Shown: in pieces, positions 60,773 through 64,000 of the stretch | How the letters are laid out: the number at the start of each line of letters is the position of its first letter | How positions within the stretch are numbered: position 1 is the stretch's first letter | DNA from: an uncultured Clostridia bacterium | GTDB taxonomy: Bacteria > Bacillota > Clostridia > Christensenellales > UBA3700 | DNA length: 64,000 bases | Assembly: GCA_947175555.1 (NCBI GenBank) | Contig: CAMWNK010000001.1 | Span: forward strand, 28,547-92,546 | Reading direction: 5' to 3' | The notes under the pieces: generated by a model | The model's input: the letters and a program-made list of their open reading frames with translations, nothing else | Databases searched by the model: none | What the model was told of the DNA's origin: nothing | Made by a program: the position numbers and the translations under genes

Positions 60773-62440
60773 ATGGCCGACACTGTTAAAGCTAAAAAGG
60801 TTAAGAATACGCCTAAAGTCGATACTGCGGTAAGCAAAGCTCCCGCCGAGGATATAGCCGAGCAGACTAAGATAGAGGCAGCGGATATAGTTGAGAAGAA
60901 AACTAAGTCCGCCGCGGCGAAGTCCGAGCCCGAGGCTAAGGTTCAGCCTAAGGAGAGTAAAGGCGCGTCCGCTAAGGCAGACAGCGTAAAAGAAGTCAAA
61001 GGAGAGGGCAAAAAGCGCAAGAAGATACTATTCGTCGCGTCCGAGGCTTTGCCTTACGTCAAGACGGGCGGTCTTGCCGATGTAGCCGCTTCGCTTCCCA
61101 AGGCGCTTAATTCCGCGGGCTATGATTGCAGGGTAATTATGCCGCTGTATTTCGATATCCCCGACGATTTTAAGCACACCATGAGATACCTCGGCAACGT
61201 ATATGTGCCGCTTGCATGGCGCAATCAGTATTGCGGAGTATTCACTCAGACATACGACGGCGTTACTTATTATTTCATCGATAATGAGTTTTACTTTAAG
61301 CGCCGCGGTCTGTACGGACATTACGACGACGGAGAGAGGTTTGCGTTCTTCTCTAAAGCTGTGCTCGAGAGCATGTCGGTAACAGACTTCTATCCCGACA
61401 TTATTCATGCCAATGACTGGCACACCGCGCTCACGCCTGTGTATCTCGACGTATTTTACAGGGGTATCCCTGCGCTCAATCACGTCAAGACGGTGTTCAC
61501 CATACACAACATACAGTTTCAGGGACAGTACGGCGACGGCATAATCGGAGATGTGCTCGGACTGCCTGCGGATAGGGCGAGCCTTGTCATGTACAAGGGC
61601 TGCGCCAACTACATGAAGGGCGCAATCGAGTGCTCCAACGTGGTTACCACCGTGTCGCCTACGTACGCTTGCGAGATACTCGATCCCTATTACGGCTATG
61701 AGATGGAAGATATACTGCGTCAGCGCAGCTATAAATTGCACGGCATAGTCAACGGCATCGACGTCAAGAGCAACGATCCTGCTAAGGATAAGGCTCTCTT
61801 TGTCAATTACGACCTCGAGCATTATTCTAAGAAGGCGGAGAACAAAGTTAATCTGCAACGTATGCTCGGGCTGCCCGAAAATCCCGATATAGCCATGATA
61901 GGCATGGTCGGCAGACTTACCGAGCAGAAGGGACTCGACTTAGTGGCGGGCGTGCTTGAGAATATCATGCAGATGCCTCTGCAACTGGTCGTGCTCGGTC
62001 AGGGCGATTGGCGTTACGAGGATATGTTCAAGCGCACGCAGAACGAGCATAACGCTAAGTTCAGATGCGTACTCGGCTTCTCCTCCGACCTTGCGTCCAA
62101 GATATACGGAGCTTCGGATATGTTCCTCATGCCGTCCAAGTTCGAGCCGTGCGGTCTCAGTCAGCTTATAGCCATGCGCTACGGCAGCGTGCCGATAGTG
62201 AGGGAGACGGGCGGACTTAAAGATACCGTGAAGGCGTACGATTGCACTACAGGCGAGGGCAACGGTCTTACCTTCTACTCTTACAACGCCTACGACATGC
62301 TGGACGCTATAAGGAGAGCGGTAGGGCTGTATTATGACTATAAGCAAGATTGGAGCAAAGTCGTAACCAGCGGCATGAAGGGCGATTATTCGTGGTCGTC
62401 CACAGCCAAGAGTTACGCAGATCTGTACGAGTCGCTGTAA
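60773..62440 (+). CDS. glgA: Glycogen synthase with ~83-aa Lys/Ala/Glu-rich N-terminal extension
   Basis: KILFVASEALPYVKTGGLADV starts at residue ~84, with no in-frame ATG/GTG/TTG nearer to it that I could see. RBS AAGGAGG precedes ATG 60773. Confidence 0.9.
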   Translation: MADTVKAKKVKNTPKVDTAVSKAPAEDIAEQTKIEAADIVEKKTKSAAAKSEPEAKVQPKESKGASAKADSVKEVKGEGKKRKKILFVASEALPYVKTGGLADVAASLPKALNSAGYDCRVIMPLYFDIPDDFKHTMRYLGNVYVPLAWRNQYCGVFTQTYDGVTYYFIDNEFYFKRRGLYGHYDDGERFAFFSKAVLESMSVTDFYPDIIHANDWHTALTPVYLDVFYRGIPALNHVKTVFTIHNIQFQGQYGDGIIGDVLGLPADRASLVMYKGCANYMKGAIECSNVVTTVSPTYACEILDPYYGYEMEDILRQRSYKLHGIVNGIDVKSNDPAKDKALFVNYDLEHYSKKAENKVNLQRMLGLPENPDIAMIGMVGRLTEQKGLDLVAGVLENIMQMPLQLVVLGQGDWRYEDMFKRTQNEHNAKFRCVLGFSSDLASKIYGASDMFLMPSKFEPCGLSQLIAMRYGSVPIVRETGGLKDTVKAYDCTTGEGNGLTFYSYNAYDMLDAIRRAVGLYYDYKQDWSKVVTSGMKGDYSWSSTAKSYADLYESL

Positions 62441-62511
62441 GCGGCTCACTGCGGGGGCTTTATATGAGCAAGAGGGAAAAATTAATTGTATAAAACCACT
62501 TGGAGCAGATA

Positions 62512-64000
62512 ATGGAAATCAAAGACAAACAGCAGTTGCAAAAACTAATCGAAAACAAGGCTACCGTCAACTTCGGTATATCTCTTAAAGAGGCCAATTC
62601 CAACCAGTTCTATAAATGCGTAAGCATGGCTGTAAGGGATTTACTTACCGAGCAGAGATACGAGTTCAAGAAGCAGGTGCGCAAGCAGCAGAGCAAACAG
62701 ATATATTATATGTCTATGGAGTTTTTGCTCGGTCGCTCGCTCAAGAATCACCTCTTCAACATGGGCATAACCGATGAGGTGAGCGAGATAGCCGCCTCTT
62801 ACGGCTGGAAGATGGACGATATATACGCTTGCGAGCCCGATGCGGGCTTGGGCAACGGCGGACTGGGCAGACTTGCCGCCGCATATATGGAGTCGCTCAC
62901 CAATCTTAATTATGCCGCCAACGGCTTTTCTATCAAGTATGATTACGGTATATTTAAGCAGAAGATAGCCGACGGCTGGCAGGTAGAGCTGCCTGACGAG
63001 TGGCTCGACGACGGCGCGGTATGGCTTACTCCTCGTAAAGAGGATACCTTTACAGTCCGTTTCGGCGGAAGGATTAACCAGAGATGGGAAGAGGGCAGGC
63101 TGTATATAGATTACGACGATTGCGACATCGTCGAGGCTATCCCTTATGACATGAACATCAGCGGCTATAACAGCTTTGCGGTCAATAAGCTGAGGCTTTG
63201 GACGGCAAGCGCGCCCAAGGTATTTGATATGCAACTCTTCTCGGAGGGACAGTACGTCAAGTCCACCGAGGCTCAGGCACTTGCGGAAAGCATATGCAGA
63301 GTGCTTTATCCCGCAGACCACCACGTCGAGGGCAAGATGCTTAGACTTAAGCAGCAGTACTTCTTTGTGTCTGCGTCCATACAGTCCATACTCAAGACGC
63401 ACATTGCTCAGTACGGCACGCTCGATAATCTCGGCGATAAGGTTGCTATCCATATCAACGATACTCACCCTACGCTGTGCATACCCGAGCTTACGAGATT
63501 GCTGCTCGACGAGTACGGCTACGACTGGGACAAGGCGTGGGATATCGTTACCAAGACCATATCTTACACCAACCACACCGTAATGGCGGAGGCCTTAGAG
63601 AAGTGGCCTGCCAATCTCTTTGAGAGGTTGCTGCCCCGTATATATCAGATAGTGTGCGAGATCAACAGCCGCTTCTGCAACGACTTGTGGAATCATTATC
63701 CCAACGATTGGAATAAGGTATCTTACAACGCTATCTTATCGCACAATCAAATCAAGATGGCCAATATGTGCCTTGCCGCGTCGCACACCATCAACGGCGT
63801 GTCCGAGTTGCACTCCGACATACTCAAGCGCGACGTATTCGACGACTATTATAAGATGTATCCCGATAAGTTTACCAATGTTACCAACGGCATAACTTAT
63901 CGCAGATGGCTGTGCCAGGCCAATCCCAGACTGGCGAGCTTTGTAAGAGACCTTATAGGCGACGGTTTCTTAAAGGATGCGGACGAGTTGAAGAAGCTCG
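62512..64000 (+). CDS. glgP: Glycogen/maltodextrin phosphorylase (3' end runs off the window; absent from the ORF track)
   Basis: ATG 62512. Translation MEIKDKQQLQKLIENKATVNFG..QIYYMSMEFLLGRSL..EPDAGLGNGGLGRLAAAYMESL is the GT35 phosphorylase signature. The frame is open to the window end. Confidence 0.9.
   Translation, partial: MEIKDKQQLQKLIENKATVNFGISLKEANSNQFYKCVSMAVRDLLTEQRYEFKKQVRKQQSKQIYYMSMEFLLGRSLKNHLFNMGITDEVSEIAASYGWKMDDIYACEPDAGLGNGGLGRLAAAYMESLTNLNYAANGFSIKYDYGIFKQKIADGWQVELPDEWLDDGAVWLTPRKEDTFTVRFGGRINQRWEEGRLYIDYDDCDIVEAIPYDMNISGYNSFAVNKLRLWTASAPKVFDMQLFSEGQYVKSTEAQALAESICRVLYPADHHVEGKMLRLKQQYFFVSASIQSILKTHIAQYGTLDNLGDKVAIHINDTHPTLCIPELTRLLLDEYGYDWDKAWDIVTKTISYTNHTVMAEALEKWPANLFERLLPRIYQIVCEINSRFCNDLWNHYPNDWNKVSYNAILSHNQIKMANMCLAASHTINGVSELHSDILKRDVFDDYYKMYPDKFTNVTNGITYRRWLCQANPRLASFVRDLIGDGFLKDADELKKL

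Noticed and set aside
62641-63576. 311-aa minus-strand ORF, listed where the track shows no plus-strand gene
   Set aside because: The plus strand here encodes glgP, open from ATG 62512 to the window end and carrying the phosphorylase signature EPDAGLGNGGLGRLAA. It is missing from the track, probably because the ORF does not terminate within the window. The minus-strand ORF is its shadow.

Overview
This 64-kb chromosomal window looks like a Clostridia-type Firmicute, judged from the hisZ-dependent short HisG, the presence of glgD, and operon layouts. G+C is roughly 43-50% in core genes; this comes from hand counts on a few 60-nt lines, not a computed figure.

Contents from left to right:
- a 5'-truncated [FeFe] hydrogenase
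- a DUF1538 membrane protein with two P-II-like proteins
- a complete histidine operon led by a YerC/TrpR-like gene (yerC-like, then hisZ-G-D-C-B-H-A-F-IE)
- an XRE regulator and secA
- prfB (no programmed frameshift) and tsaD
- rpsL-rpsG-fusA-tuf, then rpmG-secE-nusG-rplK-A-J-L, with no rpoBC following
- several membrane proteins
- an AT-rich island of about 18 kb (about 29.4-47.2 kb)
- an MFS transporter and an HExxH protein
- a 1388-aa surface protein preceded by a perfect 22-bp inverted-repeat pair
- an ABC-F ATPase
- glgB-C-D-A-P (glgP runs off the window)

The island is the most interesting part and has two modules.

1. A very AT-rich, fully intact eight-gene operon (29964-39826). It encodes a 2-TM protein and an effector-less NB-ARC + pentapeptide + ~14xWD40 STAND NTPase. 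These are followed by an SDR epimerase, an atypical radical-SAM-like enzyme, a methyltransferase-fold protein, M20D and M19 peptidases, and a CAT-family acyltransferase. I recognise no described system with this composition.

2. A mobilization module (40066-47079). It encodes an RdRP/two-barrel-polymerase-like protein, MobC, a relaxase, a TnpW-like protein and a large serine recombinase. Every key gene carries a lesion: an in-frame TAG, a lost start codon, and two 1-nt deletions. This suggests an immobilised element whose cargo is being retained.

No tRNA, rRNA or CRISPR array was recognised. All family assignments rest on motifs read by eye and recalled from memory. No database search or computation was run.
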